Source of the DNA: Myxococcales bacterium
GTDB lineage: Bacteria > Myxococcota > UBA727 > JABDBI01
Direction of reading: 5' to 3'
Assembly: GCA_947445025.1 (NCBI GenBank)
Contig: CANFCB010000001.1
Span: forward strand, 2,816 to 66,815
DNA: 64,000 nucleotides
The translations under genes and the position numbers were made by a program. The notes beneath the pieces were generated by a model, which worked only from the letters and a program-made list of their open reading frames with translations, was not told the origin of the DNA and searched no databases. This document shows positions 38,513 through 49,024 of this stretch, piece by piece; positions within the stretch are counted from its first letter, which is position 1, and every line of letters begins with the position of its first letter.

Positions 38513-40200
38513 TTAGTCCAGCTCCATTCTTGGGAGTTCCAGGTGACAGGTTGCAGTATTCCCGTTGGTTTCCAATTCTTAAGCCCTTTTTTGGTGATAC
38601 TCACATCTACCCGGAAGAATAAAGGCAGAGACGGTAACTCTTCAGCCCACAAGGCTTCAAATTCTTGGCCAATTTTGGCGCGTTTTTGATTGTCGAGTTC
38701 CAAAGATGCCGATTTCAGAAGTTGATCTGCTTTGGCGTTACAAAATCCTGATTGATTTTGTCCCAAAAACCCATTTTTGCTGCTGGGAATATAGTCACAT
38801 CGCCAAAGGGTATCGGAAACCGCCAAGGGGTCCTTGACCCAAGAAAACATTGCCATATGGGCGTATTTCCTGCGCCGCAAAGTGTCTCCAAAAAATACTT
38901 TAGCCGGTTGGTTCTGAATTTGAATATCAACACCTATCTCACGCCACTGTGATTGCAAAAGTTGTTCAATTCGCTCACGTGATTTATTGCCGGCAGTGGT
39001 CATCAAAATAAACGCTAGCGGCTTGCCGTTTTTAGAACGAATCTCTTCTCCGTCTTTTTTTATCCAACCAGCTTCGCTTAAAAGTTGATTGGCCTTGGTC
39101 TTATCAAATGGATATTTCCTGATGTTGTCGTTGAAGTATGGCGATTTTTGTGGCTCTGTTCCATGGGCCACAGGCTGTCTACCTTTAAACAATAATTGCC
39201 CAATCCCTTCTCGGTTAGCGCCGTATGCCAAAGCCTGGCGAACGCGTTTATCTTTTAAGATTTCATTGTCCAAATTAAAGTCAATGTGTTCCCAGACCAG
39301 CCCCGAGGTATAATAAAAGTTGTAATTATTTTTATGTCGCTTTTCGAATTCCAAAGCTTGATCAAAATCTAGGCCAACTGGCGAAATAGCGTCGATGGTC
39401 CCAGAAACCAGATTGGATTCTAGCGTATTGGTTTGCGGAATAATGCGCCAAATAATTTCGTCAATATGTGGCTTGAGATAACCTTTGGCAAAAAGATTTC
39501 TTATGGCGATAATGTGGCTTCCCGGTGACCATTCTTTAATGGTGTAGGGTCCAGCCAACATTGGCGTTTGTCCGAAGGGATGTTTTTTTAACTTTTCTGG
39601 GGAGGCTCGATAAATAGGTTCAACAATATGCTTAGGCACAGCCTCGTGCTGACGATAGTTGTGATAATAAGCATAAGGCTCTTTCCAAGTAACAACTAAG
39701 GTTTTGTGATCTTTGCCTTTGCTTTCCATTTTTTCAATTTTTTCAATTACAGTGCGATCAATAATTTCCTGTGAGGGATCTTTGTAGATTTCATAGGTAA
39801 ATACGAAGTCGTCAGCGGTCAGTGGCCTGCCATCGGCCCAAAAAAAGTCGTCTTTGATTTCCCAAGTGCTGCGCATTTTAAGCTGACCATTTTCGCGAAA
39901 CAGCTCGAGCTTTTTATTTTCAAGTGTAGGAATTTCTTTGGCTACCCAAGGAATGAGTTTCCAATTTTCATCAAAAATTGTGAGTGTATAAGTTCCCACC
40001 CGGGACACTTCTTCTGCGGCCATCATTTCTTTATAAGGCATAAACAAGGAGTCGGGTTCTTGCGATATGCCGATGGTCAAGGATGACTCCTTACGGTTCT
40101 CCTGCTTCCTGGGAGTGCAATCGAGTAAACTTGCTACGCATAATGTCGCGACGATAAGTCTGCATATCTTTAAAACTATTTTTTTAGTTATCATGGCCAC
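38509..40200 (-). CDS. ABC transporter substrate-binding protein, family 5 (OppA/DppA-like)
   Basis: Signal peptide plus SBP_bac_5-like sequence. Translationally coupled to the permease genes. Confidence 0.75.
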   Translation of the reverse strand: MAMITKKIVLKICRLIVATLCVASLLDCTPRKQENRKESSLTIGISQEPDSLFMPYKEMMAAEEVSRVGTYTLTIFDENWKLIPWVAKEIPTLENKKLELFRENGQLKMRSTWEIKDDFFWADGRPLTADDFVFTYEIYKDPSQEIIDRTVIEKIEKMESKGKDHKTLVVTWKEPYAYYHNYRQHEAVPKHIVEPIYRASPEKLKKHPFGQTPMLAGPYTIKEWSPGSHIIAIRNLFAKGYLKPHIDEIIWRIIPQTNTLESNLVSGTIDAISPVGLDFDQALEFEKRHKNNYNFYYTSGLVWEHIDFNLDNEILKDKRVRQALAYGANREGIGQLLFKGRQPVAHGTEPQKSPYFNDNIRKYPFDKTKANQLLSEAGWIKKDGEEIRSKNGKPLAFILMTTAGNKSRERIEQLLQSQWREIGVDIQIQNQPAKVFFGDTLRRRKYAHMAMFSWVKDPLAVSDTLWRCDYIPSSKNGFLGQNQSGFCNAKADQLLKSASLELDNQKRAKIGQEFEALWAEELPSLPLFFRVDVSITKKGLKNWKPTGILQPVTWNSQEWSWTK

Positions 40201-40277
40201 CTTACTTTTTTATTGGCATCCTTTAAGCTCTCTTGTTATATGCACCACTACATTCCATTGGCTTTCGGAGGCATTTT

Positions 40278-40775
40278 ATGCTGAACCTGTTCAAATCTTT
40301 TTTTCTTTTACTGTTTTTTTTGGGCATTTCTTCTCTGTCTGCTTGTAAACCGAGATTATTGCCGATGTCGAGTGTTTCCAATACCGCGACAAATCGCGCG
40401 ATCATGCAATTCATGGATCAATACAAAAATGCCATTGAGCAGCACTCAGTTGCAGAAGTGATGACATTAGTGGCTCCTGATTTTTATGAATCCAGTGGAA
40501 CCGATAATACCAAGGATGATTATGGCTATGCTCAGCTGCAACAAAAATTAGAAAAAGCATTTGCCCGCGTCAAAAATTTAACGCTGCGCTACCATGTGCA
40601 ACAAATAGAACGCAAAGACGATCAAGTATTAGTCTATTATTATTTTAACGAGCACATCTTGGCTGATTTTCCTGTTGGCGAAGAGTGGATGGCAGGCAAT
40701 GACGTGAATCGTTTAGTGCTGCGCGTACGAAGCAAAGCGCAAGGTGCTGGTTATGAGATTCTCAGCGGACTGTGA
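40278..40775 (+). CDS. Lipoprotein, possibly NTF2-like/DUF4440 fold
   Basis: Lipobox LSAC after a hydrophobic signal segment. The fold call is inference only. Confidence 0.4.
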   Translation: MLNLFKSFFLLLFFLGISSLSACKPRLLPMSSVSNTATNRAIMQFMDQYKNAIEQHSVAEVMTLVAPDFYESSGTDNTKDDYGYAQLQQKLEKAFARVKNLTLRYHVQQIERKDDQVLVYYYFNEHILADFPVGEEWMAGNDVNRLVLRVRSKAQGAGYEILSGL

Positions 40776-40817
40776 GTCAAAATGAGTCAACGCGCGCTTT
40801 GGAACTGGAAGCGGCTT

Positions 40818-41306
40818 CTACCCGGGTCTCGAGGTGTTTATCTGCCGCATGGCCTCAAAGGTAGCCACGGCTGCACATTGGGCTAAATTTAATGATCGTA
40901 CGGGACCAGTTTGCGGCAAGGTGAGAATGCGATCTGAAAATTGGATCAACAGCGTTTCGTCAACGCTGCTGGTTTCTGGACCTAAAATAATCACATCGCC
41001 TTGAACAATAGCAACATCCCAAGGAGCCTTATCGCTGCCTACCTCGATAATCCAAGGTTTTTTTTGTAGCAGCTTCAAGCATCTGTGGATGTTATGATGA
41101 AAATGAACGCGGGCTCCATAAAAATAGTCGAGCCCTGCCCTCCATTTGGTTTTATCGCTGTTGTCGAAGACCAAAGGACCACATACATGCAGTGCACACT
41201 GCGTGGCCGTTGCAAGCCGAACAATTGAGGCAATATTGGCTGCAATGCGCGGTCGATCAAGCACAATATGCAGCAAAGGTTTAGTTAATACGGAAATGGA
41301 GTTCAT
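40818..41306 (-). CDS. trmL: tRNA (cytidine/uridine-2'-O)-methyltransferase, SPOUT class
   Basis: ~160-aa SpoU-like protein with C-terminal LNLAQCAAVATFEAMRQ. Confidence 0.7.
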   Translation of the reverse strand: MNSISVLTKPLLHIVLDRPRIAANIASIVRLATATQCALHVCGPLVFDNSDKTKWRAGLDYFYGARVHFHHNIHRCLKLLQKKPWIIEVGSDKAPWDVAIVQGDVIILGPETSSVDETLLIQFSDRILTLPQTGPVRSLNLAQCAAVATFEAMRQINTSRPG

Positions 41307-41329
41307 TTTTCTGGTATATATTTTAAAAA

Positions 41330-42175
41330 TTATTTTACCAGAGCAGCTTTTTGATAAATCACAGCCTTCTCTGTGTTTGCTTGGAATTTGGAAAGTTGTT
41401 TTCTAAAATAGTCTTCGTGAGGGCTTAAATTAATAGCTTGCTTAATTAAAGAAAGTGCCTCTGTTTTTTGCCCTAACTGAAATTTAATTCCTGCCAGGGT
41501 ATCGATAAAATTAGCATTGTTGGGTTCTAGTGAGTTGGCTTCTTCTGCATAAGCCAGCGCATTTTTTAAGTTATGAATCCGTTGGTCGTTTGACTCAGCT
41601 AGGATATAGGCAATGTTATTATGGGCATTGCCATTTTTTAAATCGATACGAATTATTTCTTTAAAAACAGACAATGCTTCTGTATCTCGGTGAGCTTGCA
41701 GTTCCATGGCGCCAATGGCCGTCCATAGATTGACAGAATCAGGATTATCAATAGTTCCATCGAGCAGCGTTTCCATAGCTTTGGTGGGATCTCCCATCAG
41801 TCCATAGGACCTGGCAATCAACAAATAGGCATTAGTATCATGGGGATTTAATGCGATGCTTTTAAAGCCATCCAGTATTTGATTGTAAATATGGAGAGTG
41901 AATGTCTGCTTGAAAGTGACAATCAAAGACTCACTATTGGGGTTCTTTGAGAGAGCACTCAGTAAAATATTAATTGAAGTCTCATACTTTTGCTGCTTAT
42001 TTAGGTCTGCAACGGATTGTATGGTAGATGAAATCGTCGACGCTTCCGCGTTTTTCAAGGGCAAGATATCATTTTGCAAGGCAATCATTGCGGCCAAACT
42101 TAAAATAATAAAAATTCTAAAAATTGGCGCATTAAAGTAATTTAATTTTAATTTTAACACCATCCCCCCTGGCAC
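41330..42175 (-). CDS. Secreted TPR-repeat protein
   Basis: N-terminal hydrophobic segment then repeated 34-aa TPR-like units (…AYLLIARSYGLMGDPTKAMETL…). Confidence 0.6.
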   Translation of the reverse strand: MPGGMVLKLKLNYFNAPIFRIFIILSLAAMIALQNDILPLKNAEASTISSTIQSVADLNKQQKYETSINILLSALSKNPNSESLIVTFKQTFTLHIYNQILDGFKSIALNPHDTNAYLLIARSYGLMGDPTKAMETLLDGTIDNPDSVNLWTAIGAMELQAHRDTEALSVFKEIIRIDLKNGNAHNNIAYILAESNDQRIHNLKNALAYAEEANSLEPNNANFIDTLAGIKFQLGQKTEALSLIKQAINLSPHEDYFRKQLSKFQANTEKAVIYQKAALVK

Positions 42176-42245
42176 TGTTTAAAGTATAACAATGGCCAGG
42201 AAAAATGTCTTATTTTTTATTGCATTTAATTCTAAGTGCCTATTT

Positions 42246-42674
42246 TTACTGATTATTTGCTAATTCACTGGCGGCAAAAAACCAGGCGATTTCATTCTGA
42301 GCAGTATCAGGGGCATCTGATCCGTGCACGGTATTTTCACCAATGGAAAGCGCATAAAGTTTGCGAAGGGTATTATCTAAGGCGTCAGCAGGGTTAGTTG
42401 CGCCCATGATTTCGCGATTTTTGAGAATGGCGTTTTCACCTTCCAATACCATCAAAAGCACTGGACCCGAACACATGGAATTAACCAATTCTGCGTAAAA
42501 TGGTCGGGTACTGTGAACTGCGTAGAAACCTTCTGCTTCGTGACGGCTTAGTTGCTTCATTTTTGCACCAACCACAAAAAGACCTTCTGATTCAAAGCGG
42601 GCAATAATTTTTCCGATCAAATTACGAGACACACCGTCTGGTTTAATGATGGAAAATGTTCTTTCTTTTGACAT
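42246..42674 (-). CDS. ndk: Nucleoside diphosphate kinase
   Basis: [15 protein letters not shown] start and the NTVHGSD active-site His. Confidence 0.9.
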   Translation of the reverse strand: MSKERTFSIIKPDGVSRNLIGKIIARFESEGLFVVGAKMKQLSRHEAEGFYAVHSTRPFYAELVNSMCSGPVLLMVLEGENAILKNREIMGATNPADALDNTLRKLYALSIGENTVHGSDAPDTAQNEIAWFFAASELANNQ

Positions 42675-42686
42675 AATTCTCTCCTT

Positions 42687-44123
42687 TTATACGTGTAATT
42701 GAGTTTTAATAACTTGTAAGGCTGCGCGCATGCGGGTTCGACATCGCTCTTTTCCTAAAACCGCCATGGTTTCAAATAAAGGCGGCGATGCTTTTTTTCC
42801 GGTCACCATCAAACGAACAGGCATAAATAAATCGCGGCTTTTAAGATCATGATCTAAACAAAAAGCACGCAAAGCCGTATCGATGCGTTCCACGTCAAAA
42901 GGTCTTAAGCTTTCCAGTTTTTCAATCAAAGCTTCATAAATCTCGGCGAGCTTTTTCTTATCTGCAATGCCCTTAATTTCATAATTTTCAGGGGCAACTG
43001 TAACGTCGCCTTTAAAGAAAAAGTCGGCGTAAGCTATAAAATCTTCTGATTTTTCCACACGTTCTTTTACCAAAGTAACGATTTGACTTAAGTAGTCGCT
43101 GGCAAAAAGCTGATCTTGCAAATACTTTGTGAATTGCGCGTTATCTCTGAATTCGCGCAAATAACGTCCATTAAGCCACAACAATTTTTGCAAATCAAAA
43201 ACCGGGCCACCCAAAGAGACTCGATCTAATTTAAAATTTTGTACGAAGTCGGCCAACGAAAAAATCTCGCGACCATCTGCAAAAGAAAAGGCCATGAGAC
43301 CTAAAAAGTTTAAAAGCACTTCGGGCAGATAGCCTGCTTCTTTAAAATACTCTAAGGATACGGGATTTTTTCGCTTGGAAACTTTGCTTTTGTCAAAATT
43401 TCTCAGCAAGGGTAAATGGGCAAATTGCGGAGGCTGCCAGCCAAAAAATTGATAGAGCAAAATATGTTTTGGGGTTGAGCTAATCCATTCTTCCCCGCGA
43501 ATAACGTGGGTGATTTTCATGAGATGGTCATCGACGACGTTTGCTAAATGATAAGTCGGAAAACCATCGCTTTTGAACAAGACCTGGTCATCAACTTCGC
43601 TGCTTTCAATAACGATATCGCCACGCAATAAATCGTTAAAAATAATCTTGCCTTCTTTTGGTGTTTTTAAGCGCACCACGCCTTCTGTTTGTGACAATTC
43701 TCGGCAATGACCATCGTAGCCGGTGGGTTGTTTCAAGGCGAGCTGCCTTTTACGCACTTCAGCTAGACGTTCTGCGGAACAAGTGCACCAATAAGCATGG
43801 CCACTCTCGACCAACTGGTCGACGTACTTTTTGTAAATATCTAGACGTTCGCTTTGACGATAAGGACCATGTGGACCACCGACATCGGGACCTTCATCCC
43901 ATTGCAGTCCCAGCCATTTGAGCGAAGATAAAATTGCGCGTTCACTATCTAAACTGGAACGTTTTTGGTCAGTGTCCTCGATGCGTAAAATAAATTTGCC
44001 GTTTTTCTGTTTGGCAAACGCATAGTTAAATAAGGAAACGTATGCTGTACCTACATGAGGGTCGCCGGTCGGCGATGGCCCAATGCGAACGCGAATTTCA
44101 TCGGTTAAGTTAGCCATATACAT
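42687..44123 (-). CDS. gltX: Glutamate--tRNA ligase
   Basis: HIGH-type motif GPSPTGDPHVGTA, KVSKRK (KMSKS); 478 aa. Confidence 0.9.
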   Translation of the reverse strand: MYMANLTDEIRVRIGPSPTGDPHVGTAYVSLFNYAFAKQKNGKFILRIEDTDQKRSSLDSERAILSSLKWLGLQWDEGPDVGGPHGPYRQSERLDIYKKYVDQLVESGHAYWCTCSAERLAEVRKRQLALKQPTGYDGHCRELSQTEGVVRLKTPKEGKIIFNDLLRGDIVIESSEVDDQVLFKSDGFPTYHLANVVDDHLMKITHVIRGEEWISSTPKHILLYQFFGWQPPQFAHLPLLRNFDKSKVSKRKNPVSLEYFKEAGYLPEVLLNFLGLMAFSFADGREIFSLADFVQNFKLDRVSLGGPVFDLQKLLWLNGRYLREFRDNAQFTKYLQDQLFASDYLSQIVTLVKERVEKSEDFIAYADFFFKGDVTVAPENYEIKGIADKKKLAEIYEALIEKLESLRPFDVERIDTALRAFCLDHDLKSRDLFMPVRLMVTGKKASPPLFETMAVLGKERCRTRMRAALQVIKTQLHV

Positions 44124-44162
44124 CCATATTAATTTTAAAAAATCCTGTTAACAGTATATGGC

Positions 44163-44855
44163 TTAAAAACCAATACCGTATTTGGCCGCTTCCTTTTTAA
44201 AAAGTTCGGGCACAGGCGCAATGAGCTTTAAGCCATCCGGCAAAACCAGCGAGTCGGCATGCAAGGCATGTCCAGGTAAATAAGCGGCTTCAGGGCCGCC
44301 ATAGAGTTCATCCCCAAGCAAAGGGTGTCCTGCATCGGCGAGGTGAATGCGGATTTGATGACGCCTGCCTCCCCGGATTTCCACGCGTATCAACGTGGCC
44401 TCCTCGCCCCAGGCGATAGGCTCAACAAAAGTAGTGGCAGGCTTAGGTTGTCCGCGAAAAAACCTTGTCTCCTCTTTGACTACTATCATTTTGCTTTTGT
44501 TCTTGGCGTGATGGGCAATCGGTAAATTAAAAACCATGGTGCCGGGAATACGTCCTTGCACGAGGGCCAGATAGCTTTTTTCAATTTGACTAGTTTGGAT
44601 GAGCTGGCGAAAAAAAGTATGAGAGGCAAGGTTGCGTGCAAAAATTAATAAACCAGAAGTGTTATTATCGAGCCTGTGAACCAGGCCGCCTTCACGCTGA
44701 TCTAAAGAAGCCAGCGCAACTTCTGGATAATGCGCAACGACCCTGTCTAACGCGGTATCGCCCTCACCTTTTTTTAAGGCATGGGAAGGCATGCCGGCCG
44801 GTTTATTGAAGACAATCACGTCTTTATTGACACAGACAAAATCATCCATAGACAC
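44163..44855 (-). CDS. RluA-family pseudouridine synthase
   Basis: Catalytic Asp motif [15 protein letters not shown]. Confidence 0.8.
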   Translation of the reverse strand: MSMDDFVCVNKDVIVFNKPAGMPSHALKKGEGDTALDRVVAHYPEVALASLDQREGGLVHRLDNNTSGLLIFARNLASHTFFRQLIQTSQIEKSYLALVQGRIPGTMVFNLPIAHHAKNKSKMIVVKEETRFFRGQPKPATTFVEPIAWGEEATLIRVEIRGGRRHQIRIHLADAGHPLLGDELYGGPEAAYLPGHALHADSLVLPDGLKLIAPVPELFKKEAAKYGIGF

Positions 44856-45714
44856 TTTTCAAAGTAATGCCAATTTCAGCAGGCGTTGGGGCAACTTTGA
44901 TACCAGCCTCTTCAAAGGCAGCTATTTTATCTTTGGCGGTCCCCTTTCCTCCAGAAATAACCGCGCCGGCATGGCCCATACGACGGCCTTCAGGAGCGGT
45001 AGCGCCGGCAATAAAGCCGACCACGGGTTTTTTCATATTGGCTTTCACGAAAGCTGCAGCTTCTTCTTCAGCGTTGCCACCGATTTCGCCGATCATAACT
45101 ACAGCGTGAGTGTCTGGATCGTTATTAAATGCTTCTAGTACCTCGAGAAAGCTGGTGCCATTTACTGGATCGCCGCCAATCCCGACACAGGTGGATTGCC
45201 CTAGGCCTAAATTAGTTAATTGAAAAACTGCTTCATAGGTCAAAGTGCCAGACCGAGAGACGACGCCGACATGGCCTGGCTTGTGAATAAAACCTGGCAT
45301 AATGCCAATTTTGCAAGCACCAGGCGTAATCACGCCAGGACAGTTGGGTCCGATCAATCTGCTTTTAGATCCTTGCATGGCCCGCTTTACTTTGACCATG
45401 TCAAGCACAGGGATGCCTTCGGTAATGCAAATGACCAGCTCAATTTGTGCGCTGACCGCTTCCAAAATGGCGTCGGCAGCAAAAAGCGCTGGCACAAAAA
45501 TGACAGTCGCGTTGGCTTTGGTTGTGCGCACAGCCTCTGCAACCGAGTTAAAAATAGGGACTTTGCCCGCAAAGAGTTGGCCGCCTTTTCCCGGGGTAAT
45601 GCCGCCTGCAATTTGCGTGCCGTATTCGAGCATTTGTTCTGCATGAAAAGCGCCTGCTGATCCAGTAATGCCCTGAACGAGAACTTTGGTGGAACTATTG
45701 ATGTAAATACTCAT
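44842..45714 (-). CDS. sucD: Succinyl-CoA synthetase alpha subunit
   Basis: CoA-binding Rossmann domain, phospho-His loop (…SRSGTLTYE…). Confidence 0.9.
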   Translation of the reverse strand: MSIYINSSTKVLVQGITGSAGAFHAEQMLEYGTQIAGGITPGKGGQLFAGKVPIFNSVAEAVRTTKANATVIFVPALFAADAILEAVSAQIELVICITEGIPVLDMVKVKRAMQGSKSRLIGPNCPGVITPGACKIGIMPGFIHKPGHVGVVSRSGTLTYEAVFQLTNLGLGQSTCVGIGGDPVNGTSFLEVLEAFNNDPDTHAVVMIGEIGGNAEEEAAAFVKANMKKPVVGFIAGATAPEGRRMGHAGAVISGGKGTAKDKIAAFEEAGIKVAPTPAEIGITLKSVYG

Positions 45715-45735
45715 GAAATCCTCAAGAAATAAATT

Positions 45736-46896
45736 TTAAGCAGCAGCAGCGGCTACAGCTTTTTTGGCGCCGTCTAATAAGTCATCAGCGGGGATAATCG
45801 ATAAGCCTGATTGCCGCAAAATTTCCTTGCCTTTACTGGCATTGGTACCTTCCAGGCGCACAATTAAAGGAACATGCAGGCCAAGTTCTTTGACTGCGGC
45901 AACTACCCCGGTGGCAATGACGTCGCATTTGGCAATGCCGCCAAAGACATTAATTAAAACTGCTTTGACGCTGCAGTCTTGCAAAATAATTTTGAGTGCT
46001 TCGGTAACTTTTTCTTGGGTAGCTCCGCCCCCAACGTCTAAAAAGTTAGCAGGTTCACCACCGACGTGCTTAATGATATCCATGGTGGCCATGGCAAGTC
46101 CAGCGCCGTTGACCATGCAGCCAATATTACCACCTAAAGCTATGTAGCTTAGCCCATGATGCTGCGCCATTGCTTCGCGTGGATCGTCTTGGGTGGGATC
46201 CTGAAAAGCCATGATTTTGCTTTGACGAAACAAGGCGTTGTCGTCGAAGGCAATCTTGGCGTCCAAAGCAACCACTTCGTTGCTAGCGGTGACTACCAAA
46301 GGATTGATTTCTATTAAGGAAGCATCGGTATCAATAAACGCTGAGTAAAGTGGCAATAAAAAGCGTACAATTTTTTTGCTGAGATCATCAGATAAATTCA
46401 GTCCATATGCGAGCTGACGTGCCTGATAAGGCATCAAACCGGCTACTGGATCGACCCATACTTTCAAGATTTTTTCGGGGTGATTAACAGCGACTTCTTC
46501 AATATCCATGCCACCTTCGGTGGAGGCCATAAGGCAAACGCTATTTTTATCGCGATCAATTAAGACGCCCACATATAATTCTTTGGCGATTTGACAGCCT
46601 TGCTCGACCAGAACAGAATTGACAGGCTGCCCTTCTGGTCCAGTTTGTGGCGTGACCAGTTGCATGCCTAAAATGGCGGTTCCATGTAGCAAAGCTTCCT
46701 TTTTATTTTTTGCTAATTTAACGCCGCCACCCTTTCCGCGACCGCCAGCATGAATTTGTGCTTTGATAACACATGGATAGCCTAACTCGTTGCATGCGCT
46801 GGAAACCTGATCGAGCGTCGTACACACACGGCTTTCCAGGGTTTTAATACCATACTGTCGCAAAACTTCTTTCGCTTGATACTCGTGGATTTTCAT
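45736..46896 (-). CDS. sucC: Succinyl-CoA synthetase beta subunit
   Basis: [12 protein letters not shown] start, ATP-grasp domain. Not adjacent to sucAB in this window. Confidence 0.9.
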   Translation of the reverse strand: MKIHEYQAKEVLRQYGIKTLESRVCTTLDQVSSACNELGYPCVIKAQIHAGGRGKGGGVKLAKNKKEALLHGTAILGMQLVTPQTGPEGQPVNSVLVEQGCQIAKELYVGVLIDRDKNSVCLMASTEGGMDIEEVAVNHPEKILKVWVDPVAGLMPYQARQLAYGLNLSDDLSKKIVRFLLPLYSAFIDTDASLIEINPLVVTASNEVVALDAKIAFDDNALFRQSKIMAFQDPTQDDPREAMAQHHGLSYIALGGNIGCMVNGAGLAMATMDIIKHVGGEPANFLDVGGGATQEKVTEALKIILQDCSVKAVLINVFGGIAKCDVIATGVVAAVKELGLHVPLIVRLEGTNASKGKEILRQSGLSIIPADDLLDGAKKAVAAAAA

Positions 46897-47009
46897 GAGT
46901 TCTGGCACCTGCTAATAAATAAGGAGCAAAAAGACTCCCATAGCAGGCTTGTTTGTAGATTCAATACATGTATACGCAAGTATGAGCTTTTAATACCAGC
47001 GAGGCTATA

Positions 47010-47177
47010 GTGACGATATTAACACGATTGTTTTTTCTTGTTCTCATGTCAACTTCGCTTTATGCCGACCCCAATTCCTCGGATGTCTGTTCTTTGGAAA
47101 AATCCCCAGCAGAATTTAGAGATTATGAGCATGCCCCCACGCGTGTTCTCGAATTTTATCGGGACCAGCAATCGTGA
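47010..47177 (+). CDS. Candidate small secreted peptide (55 aa, GTG start)
   Basis: GAGG Shine-Dalgarno-like site 6 nt upstream of the GTG. Signal-peptide-like VTILTRLFFLVLMSTSLYA then a 36-aa hydrophilic tail. Below the ORF-track length cutoff; weak. Confidence 0.2.
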   Translation: MTILTRLFFLVLMSTSLYADPNSSDVCSLEKSPAEFRDYEHAPTRVLEFYRDQQS

Positions 47178-47343
47178 ACCTGCTCAATGTGGGAAAAAAA
47201 TATTCAAACGATGAAAAATATTTATGGGAGTAATCATTGCCCTTACAGGGCGATTTGGATGGTGGTGTTGCTTTACCCAGGGCGACGCTGCGCTATGCCC
47301 TGGGCTGTTGCACGGGTTGCTCCTGCGGAGCGCAAATTCACCG

Positions 47344-48204
47344 TCACGACCTGTGTGCATCGGGTAGTTTTTCTAAGGGGGATTTAAGAAGTTCATCCTC
47401 GATTGCTTTTGGTCGAAATAATATAAAAAGCAAAATAGAAAATAGCAAAATAAAGGCAAATTGGTTTTGTGAGTCAGCGCTGAATGATTGACAAGAAAGC
47501 GATTTGTTCGGACTAGTGAATTTTCTAGGAAGAGCCTTTTTTACTTCTTTTTCTGTTTCTGTTTTTGTTTCTGCTTCTGCTTCTGCGCCTGCTGACGTCA
47601 GGCAAGATATTTTATGTGGCAACAGCATAGCATCCTGATGGCAAAATCCTCCCACGGCTCCAGGCGAAGCAAAAATATTGGGCATGATTTCGCAGTCCTC
47701 GATATGCCACCACCGCAAATCATCGTTACCAAAAAGCGTGGGAGATTTATTATAGCGAGATTGTCCGTCGGGAAACGTTGCTGAATTATTAAAAGGCGCG
47801 CAGTCTTCTAGCTCGCTACTGGTTTTAAAACAAAGCGTTTGGGTTCCTGAATTTTTAAAAGCAAAATCTGGATCGCTCACCAAAATGATTGTCATATCTA
47901 AACAAAGCTCAATGCCTAGATCTTTTTTTTGCGCAATAACCGCATAGTGTTGCGGCGCAAGCAGCGAGGTGGCGCCGGAAAGCTGAATGCGCCATGCCTC
48001 GGCTTTTTTGATGCCATCCAAGCGCCTGACAATGGCATCGCTCAAATCAATCGAGGTCGAACCGATATTGTAGACTTCAAACCATTCCAAGCCCTGGTCA
48101 CGTTGACCGCCGTCGCCGTTGGCATAGACTTCACTAATAACCACTTGCGCGCTGAGCTGCGCCGTAAAAGCCAGGTAGAAAATTACCAACAATAAAATTT
48201 TCAT
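47344..48204 (-). CDS. Secreted lamin-tail-domain (LTD) protein with Ala/Glu/Thr/Lys repeat and C-terminal hydrophobic anchor
   Basis: Signal peptide; LTD signature VVISEVYANGDGG…LEWFEVYNIGSTSIDLSDAIV; low-complexity AGAEAEAETKTETEKE; terminal FAFILLFSILLFILF segment. Confidence 0.55.
   Translation of the reverse strand: MKILLLVIFYLAFTAQLSAQVVISEVYANGDGGQRDQGLEWFEVYNIGSTSIDLSDAIVRRLDGIKKAEAWRIQLSGATSLLAPQHYAVIAQKKDLGIELCLDMTIILVSDPDFAFKNSGTQTLCFKTSSELEDCAPFNNSATFPDGQSRYNKSPTLFGNDDLRWWHIEDCEIMPNIFASPGAVGGFCHQDAMLLPHKISCLTSAGAEAEAETKTETEKEVKKALPRKFTSPNKSLSCQSFSADSQNQFAFILLFSILLFILFRPKAIEDELLKSPLEKLPDAHRS
47548..47595. repeat. Degenerate (TTCTGY)n hexamer microsatellite inside the LTD gene
   Basis: ttctgtttctgtttttgtttctgcttctgcttctgc encodes the AEAEAETKTETE low-complexity stretch. 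Confidence 0.6.
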
Positions 48205-48230
48205 AAAAAGAAAGTCGGCAACTAGTTTTT

Positions 48231-48953
48231 TTAAGTAGATGATCCACCGCCGCCATGGTCAGCGCAAGGCCGATAGAGAAAATAAAATTGCAGAGCATTG
48301 GGATTTACTGGATCGTTGATAGTGAGATCAGCAGAATCAATGGTCGACATGGCTTGATCATTATGCATATTACTTTCAACCACTAAATCGGTATTAACGC
48401 GAAAGGTGACAGGAGTACTGCAGTCAGACCATCTCACCGAGGCAGTGTGCACTGAGTCTTGTAGTAAAAAGTTGCTAGCTAAAGGTCCGTTAAAAACCGA
48501 CGTGAAAGGCAGCGTGTTTTCGCCTGCTAAAAAATATTCAACCGTAAAACGAGATTGCGCTCCACTCGGCAAATCGTTAAAGCCGCGATAGTCTGCCCCG
48601 ACGATGCCGACTTGGAAGCCAAGCGGGACATGGAATGGAATGGCAATGTCACAATTTTTCCTGCCGTTAGCAGAACCTGCCCCTGCTCCTGCTTCCGCTC
48701 GGTAGCCATCAAATAGAACGCTTAGGGCTGTTTGGTCGGGAGAAAGCGATGTTGATACGGTACCTACAGGACAGCCTGAACCATTATAGTCAGGAGTCTC
48801 AATGTAGGGCCCTACTCCGCTTGCTGCGAAGAGTGGATTGAGTTTATAAGGCGCAGGCGTAGTTGTATTGGCATCTGAGGTGGCATTGTCAGCATAGAGC
48901 GTGGTTATGTGTGCATAAAGTGCGATAAATAAACATATGTATTTCCATTTCAT
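48231..48953 (-). CDS. Hypothetical secreted protein
   Basis: Signal peptide MKWKYICLFIALYAHITTLYA; mature part rich in Gly/Ser/Thr/Asn, beta-rich; no family recognised. Confidence 0.35.
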   Translation of the reverse strand: MKWKYICLFIALYAHITTLYADNATSDANTTTPAPYKLNPLFAASGVGPYIETPDYNGSGCPVGTVSTSLSPDQTALSVLFDGYRAEAGAGAGSANGRKNCDIAIPFHVPLGFQVGIVGADYRGFNDLPSGAQSRFTVEYFLAGENTLPFTSVFNGPLASNFLLQDSVHTASVRWSDCSTPVTFRVNTDLVVESNMHNDQAMSTIDSADLTINDPVNPNALQFYFLYRPCADHGGGGSST

Positions 48954-49024
48954 GAGATCATCCTGTGATGGCTTATTTTAAAGAAACTCAATGTCCAACA
49001 ACATGTGTTTTTGGATAATTATTC

